Shown here: in pieces, positions 8,866-19,572 of the stretch
Numbering within the stretch: position 1 is the first letter of the stretch
How the letters are laid out: the number at the start of each line of letters is the position of its first letter
Assembly (NCBI GenBank): GCA_963727445.1
Contig: CAVSGI010000027.1
Location: forward strand, 224,001 to 288,000
Direction: 5' to 3'
DNA: 64,000 nucleotides
Source: an uncultured delta proteobacterium
Lineage (GTDB): Bacteria; Myxococcota_A; Polyangia; Polyangiales; B10-G4
Notes under the pieces: model-generated
The model's database searches: none
What the model was told of the DNA's origin: nothing
What the model saw: the letters and a program-made list of their open reading frames with translations, nothing else
Position numbers and translations under genes: made by a program

Positions 8866-10263
8866 TCAGTAGTCTTGGTGCGCCAGGGCCCGGTACAAGC
8901 GCGGGTCGTTGATCGCGACCAGGTTGTAGCGGCGCATCAAGAAGAGCACCACGCCGGCATAGGTGCCACCGACGAGGAGCAGGCACGCGATGTCGAGCCA
9001 GTGCGGCGAGAAGGTGTCCGCCGCGTTGGGCATCACGAACCAGTAGACGTCCACCACCTGCATGATCAGCATCCACATCGCGCCGAAGGCGATGAGGGGG
9101 AGGCGGCGCTTCACCACGCGGGAGATGAGGAAGAGGAACGGCAGGGCGAAGTGGCCGAAGATCAGGAAGTAGCTCACACCCTTCCAGCCCGCCGCGTGCC
9201 AGCGCAGGTGGTAGTAGCCGATCTCCTCGGGGATGTTCGCGTACCACTGCAGCATCATCTGGCTGAAGCCGACGTAGGCGTGGAAGACGATGAACCCGAA
9301 GAGCATCTTGCCCAGCGAGTGGTAGTGCTCGACGTTCACCGCGTCACCGAGGAGCCCCTTCGACTTGAGGCCCAGGGACACGACGATGATCAGGGCGTGA
9401 ACCGCGATGGCCGCGCCGGCGAAGACGTAGACGCCGTAGATGGTCGAATACCAGGTGGGCTCGAGGCTCATCACCCAGTCGAAGGCCGCGAAGGTCAGTG
9501 ATCCGCCGAAGAGGACGAGCCCCAGGGGCGCCAGGCTCTGCATGCGACGTGTGTGGGCGAGGGCCTTGTCCTCGTCCTGCTGGGTCGACTCACGGAAGTA
9601 GAAGATCGCGAGGAACATCCAGATCAGGAAATAGAGAACCGCGCGGAATCCCCACCAGAAGTGGCTGAGGTAGCTGGCCTTGTGATTGAGGAGCTCCATG
9701 TGGAGCTGGTGCTCGGGGCTGTGATGCGCGCCCGGCCCATGTTCGCCGTGCTCGGCGCCCTCGTGCTCCGCGCCCGCGGCCTCTGTGGCCGGTGCGTGGT
9801 CCTGGGCGAGCGCGGTGGAAGCGCCGATGAGCGCCTCGGTCGCGCCGAGCTCCTCGTCGGCCTGCGTCTCCTCGAGGCCTGGCTCTTCCTCGTGCGAGGG
9901 TACGTGGGTCGCCCACTCGTAAAGCACGTCCATGTTCATCCACACGGGAACGAAGAGGAGCAGGAACACCGGAACGCCGGCCGCGAAGAACTCCGCGATG
10001 CGGCGCATGGAGACGCTCCAGCCGCTGACCGTCATGAACTGCAGGATCACGAAGAAGATGGAGCCCAGCGCGATCGTCAGACCGGCGAAGAAGGCGAAGA
10101 GGTAGCTGTGGGCGAAGCGGGCCGGGTCGGAGCTCGCGCCCACGAAGGCGCCCGCCGCGCCGATCACGGCGAGGACCGCGGCGATCTTCCAAGCGTTGGC
10201 CCAGAGGTTCCCTTCGGGGATCCGGTAGGCGTTGTCGCCGTCGCTCTTCTTGGCTGAACTCAT
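8866..10263 (-). CDS. actF: Alternative complex III membrane subunit ActF
   Basis: From MSSAKK; motifs GWSVSMRRIAE, DWVMSLEPTWYSTIYG, WYANIPEE, DVYWFVMP; ATG overlaps the actD stop codon. Confidence 0.85.
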   Translation of the reverse strand: MSSAKKSDGDNAYRIPEGNLWANAWKIAAVLAVIGAAGAFVGASSDPARFAHSYLFAFFAGLTIALGSIFFVILQFMTVSGWSVSMRRIAEFFAAGVPVFLLLFVPVWMNMDVLYEWATHVPSHEEEPGLEETQADEELGATEALIGASTALAQDHAPATEAAGAEHEGAEHGEHGPGAHHSPEHQLHMELLNHKASYLSHFWWGFRAVLYFLIWMFLAIFYFRESTQQDEDKALAHTRRMQSLAPLGLVLFGGSLTFAAFDWVMSLEPTWYSTIYGVYVFAGAAIAVHALIIVVSLGLKSKGLLGDAVNVEHYHSLGKMLFGFIVFHAYVGFSQMMLQWYANIPEEIGYYHLRWHAAGWKGVSYFLIFGHFALPFLFLISRVVKRRLPLIAFGAMWMLIMQVVDVYWFVMPNAADTFSPHWLDIACLLLVGGTYAGVVLFLMRRYNLVAINDPRLYRALAHQDY

Positions 10264-11126
10264 GGCAGCGACTCCTCGACGAGCTCGATGTGCGTCGGAT
10301 GCAGCGACGAGAGGAGCTCTCGGGTCTTGTCGAGATCGAACTTCGGATCGCCCGCCTCGATGGAAATGAAGAACCGGTCGTCCGAGCCGCGCTCGAAACG
10401 CTTCGAATAGAAGATCGGGTGGTGGTGCCGCGGCAGCTTGTTGAGCCCGAGCATGCCGAACACGGCGGTGATGCCCGAGAGGAGCACCGTGCACTCGAAG
10501 AGGATCGGTACCATCGAGGGAATCGACTCGGGCGGCTTACCGCCGATGATGAGCGGATAGTCGATGCCATTCATCCAGAGCATCATCAGGAACGCACCGA
10601 TGAGGCCCGTGGCGCCAGCGCCGAAGACGATCAGCCCCAGCTTCGACTCGGTGAGGCCCATGGCACCGTCCATGCCGTGGATCGGGAACGGGGTGTGGAC
10701 GTCCCACTTGGTGAAACCGGCGTCGCGCACCTTTTCGGCGGCGTGAAGGACGCCGCTGGTGGTGTCGAACTCGGCGAGATAGAGGGCCGGGACCCGATCC
10801 GGATCGTCGGCGTCCGGGCCGTAGGCGCCGGGAGGCACGTGCCCCGGGTCACCGTCATCGTCGTCACGGACATTCGCCCGCGCGACCGGACGCTCGGAAC
10901 GGGGCGGCTCGGACGCTGCGCGCGGAGGCTCGGAAGCGGGCGGGGGCTCGGAAGCCGCGGCTTGCTCCTCGTCGTCCTCTTCCTCGTCGTCCTCTTCCTC
11001 GTCGTCCTCTTCGGCGTCTGCGCCCTCGTCCGAGCCGGAGTCGCTCTCCGTCAAGGCCTCGGACGCCTCGGACTCCTCCGAGCTCGTCTCTTCTTCGTCG
11101 TCCACCTTCTCGTTCTCGTCAACCAT
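10260..11126 (-). CDS. actD: Alternative complex III subunit ActD (DUF3341) with long acidic N-terminal extension
   Basis: LAEF...AAEKVRDAG...DVHTPFPIHGMD.A.G, DYPLIIGGKP, PILFECTVL, SDDRFFISI. Confidence 0.88.
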   Translation of the reverse strand: MVDENEKVDDEEETSSEESEASEALTESDSGSDEGADAEEDDEEEDDEEEDDEEQAAASEPPPASEPPRAASEPPRSERPVARANVRDDDDGDPGHVPPGAYGPDADDPDRVPALYLAEFDTTSGVLHAAEKVRDAGFTKWDVHTPFPIHGMDGAMGLTESKLGLIVFGAGATGLIGAFLMMLWMNGIDYPLIIGGKPPESIPSMVPILFECTVLLSGITAVFGMLGLNKLPRHHHPIFYSKRFERGSDDRFFISIEAGDPKFDLDKTRELLSSLHPTHIELVEESLP

Positions 11127-11129
11127 GGC

Positions 11130-12576
11130 CTACTCCGCCACCGCAGGGGGAAGCATGCGATCCACCTCGTGACCGGGATCGTCGTGGTGAGGGTCGGCGG
11201 CCGGGAGCGCCATCTTCACTTCCGCGATGGCGATCATCGGGATCCACCGGATGAAGAGGAGGAAGAGCGTGAAGAAGAGGCCGAAGGTGCCGATGTACAG
11301 CAGGATGTCGACCGCCGTCGGGCTGAAGTAGCCCCAGCTCGAAGGCAGGAAGTCGCGATGGAGCGAGGTCGCGATGATCACGAAGCGCTCGAACCACATG
11401 CCGATGTTGATGAGGATCGACGCGATGAACATCCAGGGGATGCTGACGTCCGCAGGCGCTTGAACCAGAACGACTGCGGCACGATGACGTTGCAGGTCAC
11501 CATCGCCCAGTAAGCCCACCAGAGCGAGCCGTCGAAGCCGTCCGCCGTGAGCGCGAGGCGGTTGTATCGGAACACGTGCCACTCGTAGGGGTTGCCCGAG
11601 TACTAGGCGATGAAGAACTCCATCGCGTACGCGTAGCCAACCAGCGTGCCCGTCGCGAGCATGAACTTGTTCATCAAGTCCAGGTGCTTGATCGTGACGA
11701 TGTCCTGCATGCTCGAAGACTGTCGCGGGTGATGAGCAGGAGCGTCAGCACCAGGGCGAAGCCGCTGAAGACGGCGCCGGCGACGAAGTACGGCGGGAAG
11801 ATGGTGGTGTGCCAGCCGGGCAGGACGCTCGTCGCGAAGTCGAAGGAAACGACCGAGTGCACGGAGAGCACCAGGGGCGTCGAGAGAGCGGCCAGGATCA
11901 GGTAGGCGCGCTCGTAGTTGCGCCAGTGACGGTTGCTGCCGCGCCAGCCGAGGGCGAGTGCGCCGTAGATCATCCGGCGGATGGGCGTCTTGCTGCGATC
12001 GCGCAGGGTGGCGAGGTCCGGGATGAGGCCGGTGAACCAGAAGAGCAGCGAGATCGTGAAGTAGGTCCAGACCGCGAAGATGTCCCACATGAGCGGGGAC
12101 TTGAAGTTCGGCCACATGCTCATCTGGTTCGGAACCGGGAACATGTAGTAGTCGAACCACGGGCGGCCGGTGTGGATGCCGGGGAAGAGCCCGGCGCACA
12201 TGACCGCGAAGATGGTCATGGCCTCGGCGAAGCGGTTGATGCTGGTGCGCCACTTCTGCCGGAAGAGGAAGAGGATGGCGCTGATCAGCGTGCCGGCGTG
12301 ACCGATACCGATCCACCAGACGAAGTTGGTGATGTCCCACGCCCACGCGACCGGGCTGTTGTTGCCCCAGGACCCGACGCCCATGGACAGCAGGTATCCG
12401 AGGGCTGCCGTCATGCCGCCGAGCATCGCCAGGGAACCGATGAACAGGATCCACCAACCGCGGGGCGCCTTGTTCTCGGTCACGCGCGCCACCGAGTCGG
12501 TGATGTCCGAGAAAGTCATCTCGGGCGGAAGGAGGTGCGTCTCGCCGATTTCCGCGATGGGCTGGTGCACACTCAT
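11130..12576 (-). pseudogene. actC: Alternative complex III quinol-binding subunit ActC (NrfD family), broken by 2 frameshifts and an in-frame TAG (or sequencing errors)
   Basis: [70 protein letters not shown]. Frame change at ~11715-11725; TAG at 11603-11605 where W is expected (IA*YSGNPYE); second frame change at ~11446; then [11 protein letters not shown]. Confidence 0.85.
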
Positions 12577-15500
12577 CAGGCCATCTCCGGGTTCGGGTTG
12601 CGAATCTGCCCGAGGAAGGTGGTTCTGGGATGGGTTCCGAGCTCGACCAGCAGCTTGTAGTGGCGGTCGCGCGACTGGAGCTCCGGCAGCCGGGTCGAGG
12701 AGTAGACGGTGTAGCGGATCTCACCGCTCTGGAACGCTTCGTCGTCGACGACGGAGTCCACGTTCTCGACCGGCCCGCGGCCCTCGGGGACGACGCGTTC
12801 CTTCTCGATCCGCACGTCGCGGAGACCGAAGCGCTGGGTGATCTCCTGCGCGCTCATCCCGACGAGCTGCGAGCCCTTTCGCACCAGGTAGGGATAGCCG
12901 TTGAGGCAGCCGAAGAAGATCGCCTTGGCGGGGCAGGTCTGCTGGCAAGCGGTCACGAGCGACCCCTCGGCCATCGGGCGGTCGTCCCGACGCGAGCCGA
13001 TCTTCGCTTCCTCGATGCGCTGCACGCAGTACGTGCACTTCTCCATCACGCCGCGCATGCGGACGGTGACGTTCGGGTTGAACGCCATGCGCCGCGTCTC
13101 GGGGATCCAGCTGTCGGGATCGAGCGCGCGATCGAAGCCAGGGTCCTCGATGTACTCCTGATAGTTCAGGTAGTTGAAGCGGCGAACCTTGTACGGGCAG
13201 TTGTTGGCGCAGTACCGGGTGCCGATGCAGCGGTTGTACGCCATGTCGTTCAGCCCCTCGGGGCTGTGCGTCGGTGGCGTTGACCGGACAGACGTTCTCG
13301 CACGGCGCCTCTTCGCACTGCTGGCAGGCGACGGGCTGGAACGCGATCTGCGGATCGTTCGTGTCGTCGCCGACGAAGTAGCGATCCATGCGGATCCAGT
13401 ACATCTCGCGCCCACGGGCGACCATCCCCTTGCCGACCACCGGGATGTTGTTCTCGGCCTGGCAGGCGATCACGCAGGCATTGCAGCCGGTGCACGCCGT
13501 CAGGTCGATGCTCATGCCCCACTTGTAGCGGCCCTCGTAGTCGACCGTATCCCAGAGCGGCGGGAGGTCCGCCTCCACGGTGCGGTACTGCGGGAACTCC
13601 GGATTGTCGCGGTACTCCTCGAGCGATCCGTCGATGGCCAGGGGCCGGCCGTGCATCGTGCCGTGCTCCTGGGTGCGCACCAAGAACCACTGATCGCCGG
13701 TGCGTTCGAGGCTGACGCCGGGGCGATGCCAGAAGGCGGAGGTGGTGCGGAGCGGACCGAAGTCGAAGCCCTGCCCGTTTCCGTAGTGACCCGCCGCGGT
13801 GCGACCCCAGCCGAGGGGCGCGATGACGGTGTTGTCGGCGACGCCCGGCAGGATGTGCACCGCCGCGCGCACCGTGGTGCCGTCGGCCGTCAGGTGGACG
13901 ACGTCACGGTCGGAGAGCCCGAGCTGCTCCGCCGTCGCGGGCGACAAGAGCGCGGCGTTGTCCCAGACCAGCTTGGTCAGGTTGTCCGGGAGCTCCTGGA
14001 GCCAGAGGTTGTTCGCCCGCGATCCATCGAGGACCTTGCCGCAGGGCACGAAGGCGACCTCGAGAGCATCCGGGGTGGGCATCGCAACGTCTTCGAGCGC
14101 CGAGAGCGCCGCTGCGATCTCGGCGTTCTGCAGCTCGGCTCCTGCCTCCGGGCGGGTGGTGCTGCCTTCGAGAACGCCCGCGTGCAGAAGCGCGCGCCAG
14201 GTCTGGTCGAAGGCCGGGCCTCGGGCCACTTCGTCACGCACCGTGGCACGCACCTGCGCGTGACCGCCGGGGGCGTCGTCGCCGAGGCCGATGGCGAGAA
14301 GCTCGATGATGCTCTTGCCGTCGTAGAGCGGCGCGATCAACGGCTGCTGAACGGAGTACGTCCCGTCCCGCGAGCGGAGATCGCCCCAGGTCTCGAGGAA
14401 GTGCGCCAGCGGCAGGTGCCAGGAGGTCGCCGCGCCGGTCTCACCCACGTGGGTATCGGCGTGGAGGCTGAAGTCGACGCTGGAGATGGCATTGGCGAAG
14501 CCGAGATCCGCCGGCGCGTCGTACACCGGGTTCACGCCGAGGAGCAGGACCGTGCGCGCCTGGGAGAGCGCCGCCGCGAGCTCGCGGAAGGAGCCGAGGT
14601 AATCGCTCACGGCCTGGGAAGCCGGTGCGACCGCCTCTTCGCCCTCGGGCGCCGGGGCCGGAGGCTGGCCCATGTCGTCGGCGACCTGCGTGAACACCAC
14701 GGTGCGGCCCTCGTTGTTGAGGGCGCGGTTGAGCGCATGTGCAAGGGCATGAACCGCCGGCGGCTGGCGCAAGCCGACGACGATGGCCGCCCTGCCCTTG
14801 TTGCCGGCGAGCTCCGAGGCGACCTGGGCGATCCACTTCTCGGGGATGCCGTCGGTGGACGGGGTGCCGATCGCTGCGGTGAGCGTGGGATTGAGCTCGA
14901 CCTCGCCACGCCCCAGGAGCTCCTTGGCGAGCGCCGCGAGGTAGCGACCGACCTGGCTCGAGGCGAGGCGCAGGCGATGGTCTGCGTTGCTGCCCGTGAC
15001 CGTGTGATGCGGCTCCACGACGTAGAGCCGGTTCATGTCGTCCTCAGGGCGCTGCATCTGACGCCCACCCGCGAAGCGCCAGGTGTTCGTGAGCGCGTTC
15101 GGCTCCAGCAGCAGGAAGTCGGAGTCGAGGCTGAGGATCACGCGCGAGCCGCGGAAGTCGGTGTGCTGATTCAGCGGGCGGCCGAAAGCGAGGCGCGTTC
15201 CCTCGCGGTGGTTGGAGTCGGAGACCGACGCCCATGTGTGAAAGCGCGCCTCGGGGAAGCGCTCCATGAAGCGCTTCTTGATGCGGAAGAACGAGGGCGA
15301 GGGAAGCGGAGGCGTCACCACGTGCAGCCCGCGGCCGCCATCGCGGTCGTGGCTGGCGATGCGCGCAGCGAGCGCTTCGGTGGCCTCTTCCCAGCTCTTC
15401 TCCTCGCCGCCGGCAGAGGGCGCCTTGGATTTATCCGGATCGTAGAGATCCATCAGCGACGCCTGCGCCCAGACGTCCGCCGCGCCGTTGGCGGTGGAGG

Positions 15501-15921
15501 GGTGACGGGGGTTGCCCTCGATCTTCGTGGGCCGGCCCTGGTGGCTCGTGACCAGGAGCCCCATCGCGTCGCCGAAACGCTCGGTGACCGTGGCGAAGTG
15601 GAGCGGGACGCCGGGGACGACGTACTCCGGCATCTCCGTGTAGGGCAGGATGTGCTCTTCAGGCCTGCGAATGCAGCCCTCGAGGAGCCCAACGGCCGCC
15701 GTCACCGTCGAGGCGGCGAGGAAACCGCGGCGCCCGACCTTGAGGCGATCGACGCTCAAGAGGTCCTTCGCGAAGCCCTTCCCCTCCGCTTCGGTGTCGG
15801 CGCGGCGGGCGCGCTCTTCGTCGGGCAGCGTGCGCTCATCGAGGCTTCGCCAGATGGGCTTCGCGTCACCGCGCGATTCGGCCGGACTCTGGACCGTGGG
15901 ATATGCGTTTCGGCGGCTCAT
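12576..15921 (-). pseudogene. actB: Alternative complex III subunit ActB (Tat-exported molybdopterin-oxidoreductase-like plus Fe-S domain), one frameshift at ~13272
   Basis: Tat motif GRRGFLAAS, GRPTKIEGNP.HP, CTGCNACVIAC, CQQCEEAPCENVCP. After one extra base the frame continues THSPEGLNDMAYNRCIGTRYCANNCPYKVRRFN and MEKCTYCVQRI. Confidence 0.85.
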
Positions 15922-16556
15922 CGGTGGCACCCACTGCAGTGTTCAGGCGGGTGAAGCGTGCTGACGTCGGCGATCAACTGCTCGTCTTCGGGATCGCCGC
16001 GCTCCCAATCCATGTCGGTCACGAGGTGACGCGGCCGGAGATTGGGCTCGGGGTTGCGATGGCACTCGAGGCACCAACCCATGGCGAGGGGCTCTTGAAC
16101 GCCGACCACCTCCATCCGATCGATGCGCCCGTGACAGGACACGCAGCCGACACCGGCCGCGAGGTGGACGCTGTGGTCGAAGTACGCATGCTCCGGGAGC
16201 TTGTGCACTCGGACCCACTCGATGGGCTCGCCGCTCTCCCAGGACTCGCGCACGGGGGCGAGCAGCGGGGAGTCGGGCTTCACGATCGCGTGGCACCCCA
16301 TACACGTCTGTGTCGGGGGGATCATCGCTTCCTGCGACGACTCCACGCTGGCGTGGCAGTACCGGCAGTCGATGCCCAGCTCGCCCGCGTGTAGCGCGTG
16401 GCTGTACTGGACCGGCTGCTCCGGCTGGTAGCCCACCTGAAGATTCTTCGGAGAGAAGAAGTACCAGAAGACGAAGACCACCGTGCCACCAGCGACCGCA
16501 GCCCCGAGGGCTCCGACGAGGGGTAGGTAGTTCAGCGTGCGGGGAAAGATCTGCAT
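15918..16556 (-). CDS. actA: Alternative complex III pentaheme cytochrome c ActA
   Basis: N-terminal TM helix, PEQPVQYSH, five CxxCH motifs (CRYCH, CMGCH, CVSCH, CLECH, CSGCH). Confidence 0.9.
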   Translation of the reverse strand: MQIFPRTLNYLPLVGALGAAVAGGTVVFVFWYFFSPKNLQVGYQPEQPVQYSHALHAGELGIDCRYCHASVESSQEAMIPPTQTCMGCHAIVKPDSPLLAPVRESWESGEPIEWVRVHKLPEHAYFDHSVHLAAGVGCVSCHGRIDRMEVVGVQEPLAMGWCLECHRNPEPNLRPRHLVTDMDWERGDPEDEQLIADVSTLHPPEHCSGCHR

Positions 16557-16714
16557 GACGCTGTCGACTCGAGTCGCGGACTCCCAGTCCGCGGGCACTT
16601 GGCGCTGCGGCCTTATAGATGAGCGTCGCGCTCGGCTCAAGCCCGACTTCGCGACGCCCTTTCGAACGCGGGGCTAGGGCCTTTGGGATGAGGGGTCAAG
16701 CACGGCGTCGCCTC

Positions 16715-17368
16715 CTAGGCGCGGATGCCCAGAAGCAACCCGTCCGGGGTGGGAAGACACACGGTCTCGAAGGCCTTCGCCGCCTCTTCGTGGAAGCGCC
16801 TCATCGCGGAAGCCCCCTCAGATTCCTTCAGCAAGTTGCCGAAATAGAAGGCGTTGTCGCCGAGGAGCAGGCCGCCCTTCCGGAGGTTCTGCGCCGCCCA
16901 GCGGCCGTACTTGTCGTAGTTGCCCTTGTCGGCGTCGACGAAGACCGCGTCGAAGGGGCCCTCCTTCTCGAGGGTCGGTAGGATCTCGAGGGCCGGGCCG
17001 AGGTGGATCTGGACGCGATCTGACAGACCCGCTTCCTCCACATTTCGACGGGCGACCTCGGCGTGGTGGGGGTCGAACTCGATGGAATGGAGCCGGCCCG
17101 ACGGCGGAAGCGCACGGGCGATCCAGATGGCGGAGTAGCCGGCGAGCGTACCCACCTCCACCACTTTCTCCGCGCCGGCGAGGCGGAGGAGCATGAACAA
17201 CGCCTTGCCCTCGGACACCCCCACCTGAATCGCCGGCATGCCCTCCGCGCCGGGCGCGGCGAAGGCCTGCGCCAGCGCGGCGTCGTGAGGTGCGTGCACG
17301 CTCTCCAGCCACTCGAGGACCTCGGGGTCGGCGTAGGTGCGCCCGCTGCGTGATTCGGAATCGGCCAT
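16715..17368 (-). CDS. SAM-dependent O-methyltransferase (caffeoyl-CoA/COMT-like family 3)
   Basis: VEVGTLAGYS, FDAVFVDADK, GGLLLGDN motifs; start MADSES. Confidence 0.85.
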   Translation of the reverse strand: MADSESRSGRTYADPEVLEWLESVHAPHDAALAQAFAAPGAEGMPAIQVGVSEGKALFMLLRLAGAEKVVEVGTLAGYSAIWIARALPPSGRLHSIEFDPHHAEVARRNVEEAGLSDRVQIHLGPALEILPTLEKEGPFDAVFVDADKGNYDKYGRWAAQNLRKGGLLLGDNAFYFGNLLKESEGASAMRRFHEEAAKAFETVCLPTPDGLLLGIRA

Positions 17369-17443
17369 GGCCCGACCATAGCCGCCCGTCGAGCCGCTGC
17401 CAGCGGGTTTGGTGGGTCTACGCCTCACAAGTACAATGCGCCC

Positions 17444-19507
17444 GTGCGCAGCACACGGCCGCCGCCTCCTGCGCCGCCTCCCAACAGCAGGTTCGGCAAA
17501 TACACACTCGTCGATCGGCTCGCTGTCGGTGGCATGGCCGAGGTGTTTCGCGCGCACGAGCCCAGGCCGGCCGGCGAGCCGCGGCTGGTGATCGTCAAGC
17601 GGATGCTGCCCGAGATCGCCGCCAAGCCTGGAGCGCGCGCGATGTTCGAAGCGGAGTCGCGCCTGGGGACGCTGATCGCGCACGACTCGGTGGTGGAGGT
17701 GCTGGGCTTCGGCGAAGAGGAGGGCCAGCCCTACCTGGTCCTCGAGTACGTGCGCGGCCTCGATCTATGGCGCCTCGGCCGGCATCTGACGCGAACGGGC
17801 GAAACGCTCGGCGTGCCGCTGTCCATCTTCCTCTTGAGGCAGCTCCTCGATGCGCTCCATGCGGTGCACGAGGCGAAGGACGAAAACGGCGCGCCGCTCG
17901 CGATCGTCCATCGCGACGTCAGCCCCTCGAACGTGCTCCTGTCGATGCATGGAGACGTCAAGCTCGGGGACTTCGGGATCGCGTACGCCGAGCTGCGCGA
18001 GAGCATGCCGCAAGCGGCGGTGAGCGAGCACGCCAAGGGCAAGCTGGGCTATCTCGCGCCGGAGCAGGTCACGGGCCTCGACTGCGACCGCCGCGCCGAC
18101 GTCTTCTCGGCGGCGGTGATCGGGGCGGAGCTCCTGATGGGGCGCCCCCTCTTCGCCGGGGGGAGCGAGCTCGCCATCCTGTTGGCCATCCGCGACGCGC
18201 AGGTGCATCCGTTCCTCGAAATCGCGCGCTCGCTGCCCGAGGGGCTGGGCGACGTGCTCGCCAAGGCGCTCCAGCGGAAGCCTCAGGACCGCTATGACAC
18301 GGCGGGAGAGCTCTCGGCGCTTCTCGCTCCGTATCAGGACGCGCCGGAGCCCGCGCTGCGGAGGGAGCTCGCCGACATCGTCAGCAGCGCGATGCAGGTG
18401 GTGGAGGCGGAGGCGCACGTCGAGGCGACGCCGCTGTTGCCGGAAGAGCAGCTCGACGAGAGCGTCCCGGGTGGCGTTCCCCGTGAGCTGATCCTGCGCA
18501 CCGCCGAGCACACGCCCATCACCGACGTCCTCGAGACGGGGCAGAGCGCGCCCGAGGAGGAGCCGCACTATCGAGTGCAGACCACCCTGGGGATGCGCTT
18601 CGGTCCGTGGACCTACGCGCAATTGGTGGAGGCGCTGGCCCTCGGCAAGGTCGGGCCGGAGGATCGCGTGCGTCGCGAGGACGGTGGCTCGGATCGGATC
18701 CAGGACATCGCGTCGCTGCGGCGCCACCTCGCCCCGCACAACCTCACCCCGGCCACCCGCGAGCAGGAGCCGCCGCAGGAGGCCTCGGACAATCTCCCCC
18801 TCGGCGACGGCGGCATCATTCGCGCTCTCGCCTGGGCGGCGATGCGGCGACACACGGGCCTTTGGCTCTGCGAGCTGGGGGGCGTGCGCAAGGAGGTCTA
18901 CCTCCATCAGGGTACGCCGCAGTTCGTGACCTCGAATCTCGCGGGCGAGCTCCTCGGCGAGTACCTGGTCGCGATGAGCGTGATCAGCCGAGGCGAGCTC
19001 GACATGGCGCTCGCGATCCTCCCGCGCTTCGAGGGGCGCCTCGGCGACACCCTGGCCGCGCTCGGCTTGGTCGAGCCGGTGCACCTCTTTCAGCACATCG
19101 CGGCGCAGGTGCGGGAGAAGCTCCTCGACCTCTTCCTGTGGAAGGGAGGCACCGCCACTTTCTACGAAGGGGTGGAACCGCCCCCGAGCGCCTTCCCCCT
19201 CGACCTCGACCCGTGGAAGATCATCGACGAGGGCATCGGCCGGCGCCTCGCGCAAGGTCGCGAGGACGCGCGCTTCGAAGGGAAGGACGCGCTGGTGCTG
19301 GCCCAGGTCTCCCCGCCGCCCGCGGGCTTCGTGGTGCAGGCGCTCCCCCGCGACATCCGAATGATCCTGCGCGCCCTCGAGACGCCGATGACGCTCGAGC
19401 GGCTGAGCTACGGTTTCCCGGACCTTCAGACCGGCAAGGGGACGCGGGTGAAGCGTGCGCTGGTCCTGCTCCTCGAGCTGCGCGCGGTGAGCTTTCACGA
19501 CGCCTGA
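17444..19507 (+). CDS. Ser/Thr protein kinase with GYF_2-like and DUF4388-like C-terminal domains
   Basis: AVGGMAEV, HRDVSPSN, DFG, GKLGYLAPE; 'FGPWTYAQLVEAL..GKVGPED'; 'KEVYLHQGTPQFVTSN..ELLGEYL'. Confidence 0.85.
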   Translation: MRSTRPPPPAPPPNSRFGKYTLVDRLAVGGMAEVFRAHEPRPAGEPRLVIVKRMLPEIAAKPGARAMFEAESRLGTLIAHDSVVEVLGFGEEEGQPYLVLEYVRGLDLWRLGRHLTRTGETLGVPLSIFLLRQLLDALHAVHEAKDENGAPLAIVHRDVSPSNVLLSMHGDVKLGDFGIAYAELRESMPQAAVSEHAKGKLGYLAPEQVTGLDCDRRADVFSAAVIGAELLMGRPLFAGGSELAILLAIRDAQVHPFLEIARSLPEGLGDVLAKALQRKPQDRYDTAGELSALLAPYQDAPEPALRRELADIVSSAMQVVEAEAHVEATPLLPEEQLDESVPGGVPRELILRTAEHTPITDVLETGQSAPEEEPHYRVQTTLGMRFGPWTYAQLVEALALGKVGPEDRVRREDGGSDRIQDIASLRRHLAPHNLTPATREQEPPQEASDNLPLGDGGIIRALAWAAMRRHTGLWLCELGGVRKEVYLHQGTPQFVTSNLAGELLGEYLVAMSVISRGELDMALAILPRFEGRLGDTLAALGLVEPVHLFQHIAAQVREKLLDLFLWKGGTATFYEGVEPPPSAFPLDLDPWKIIDEGIGRRLAQGREDARFEGKDALVLAQVSPPPAGFVVQALPRDIRMILRALETPMTLERLSYGFPDLQTGKGTRVKRALVLLLELRAVSFHDA

Positions 19508-19572
19508 GCGCCACCAGCGACGGACGAACGGCGCCTTTCCCTGTCCGTGGCGGCTGCTACTCTCCCGCGGCC

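Noticed and set aside
10965..11012. 15-bp tandem repeat in actD
   Set aside because: It simply encodes the acidic EEEDD linker in frame; no independent significance is evident.
11603..11605. Pyrrolysine or readthrough recoding of the TAG in actC
   Set aside because: The position corresponds to a Trp (TGG), one substitution away, and is flanked by frameshifts. No pyl genes are seen.
13174..15954. Long antisense ORFs (also 36854-39082, 57726-59639, 17765-19597 and others)
   Set aside because: Typical shadow frames of high-GC genes; the opposite strand carries the recognisable motifs.
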